From Takakia lepidozioides (lineage: Eukaryota > Plantae > Bryophyta), in NCBI GenBank assembly GCA_030704615.1, contig CM060734.1, positions 54,994,001-55,058,000 of the forward strand: a stretch of 64,000 nucleotides of DNA. The letters run 5' to 3'. The position numbers and the translations under genes are program-made. This document shows positions 63,529-64,000 of the stretch, one piece after another. The notes beneath the pieces are model-generated. The model searched no databases. It had not been told where the DNA came from and worked only from the letters and a program-made list of their open reading frames with translations. Each line of letters opens with the position of its first letter. Position 1 is the first letter of the stretch.

Positions 63529-64000
63529 TGTTAGAGGACTGTGGGACTTAGACACTTTACGGGATCTGTAGGGTACCCTTAATTTTTGCACAGACTGAGA
63601 CCAACAGGAGCCTTAGGGGTGACAGCAGCGCACTGTAGAGGGGGTTACACAGCCGTCACAGCCAACACACACAGTCACAGCCACACAGAGCCCGTCACAG
63701 CCGTCACACACTACACCGTCACAACACAGCCACACAGCCAACACAGCCCGTCACAGCCGACACAGCCACACAGCCAGTCACAGCCCGACACAGCCAAACA
63801 CAGTCGCACAGCACAGTTTCACACAGCCAGTCACAACACAGCTGTCACGATCATAGGGAACGGAGAGCAGGACAGGGAACGACTGTGGGGAACAACACCT
63901 GCAAATGGAACATGTTAGTTCACGGACGACGGTTAGTGAGGGAAATGGTTAGAGCCGGGTAGGAAGATAAGGGAGAAGCAGATGATTCGAAGCACGTCTA
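63529..64000 (+). repeat. 3' LTR (partial) with ACAGCC-rich array at ~63620-63850
   Basis: Starts TGTTAGAGG directly after the PPT. Confidence 0.88.

Larger units (their letters stand above)
52431..64000 (+). mobile_element. Ty3/Gypsy LTR retrotransposon, non-chromovirus (Athila/Tat/Phygy-like); 5' LTR truncated, 3' LTR runs off window
   Basis: PBS, gag-PR-RT-RH-INT order, extra 3' ORF, PPT and TG LTR start. Confidence 0.93.

Noticed and set aside
1-64000. tRNA, rRNA or other structured RNA genes
   Set aside because: None were recognisable by eye; a tRNAscan/Infernal run would be needed to exclude them.

Overview
Eukaryotic nuclear DNA from a land plant, probably a seed-free lineage (inferred from gene and TE types), with two 500-N assembly gaps. 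The left half is gene-rich: the 3' part of a DxD nucleotide-sugar-transferase-like gene (+), a 2-oxoglutarate/Fe(II) dioxygenase (-) head-to-head with a strictosidine-synthase-like gene (+), a complete multi-exon starch synthase IV (+), and the 5' part of a PLATZ transcription factor (+) behind an ABRE-rich GC island. A 10.2-kb Mutator-like element (1914-12131, long TIRs, exact 9-bp TSD ACAACAAAG) sits between the first two genes. It carries a MULE-DDE/SWIM transposase resembling the 'domesticated' plant SWIM family, a convergent second gene region (Zn finger, unknown domain, Q/T-rich repeats, Ulp1-type protease) and dense CAGTC(C/T) motif arrays. This is the best candidate for an undescribed system, possibly transposon-encoded anti-silencing. 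The right half holds a decayed S-domain receptor kinase (-), a decayed L1-type LINE split by a 779-bp MITE, and a non-chromoviral Ty3/Gypsy element (tRNA-Arg-like PBS, gag-PR-RT-RH-INT, a ~3-kb extra ORF, PPT, start of the 3' LTR). Homology calls are from motif recognition only; no database searches were run.
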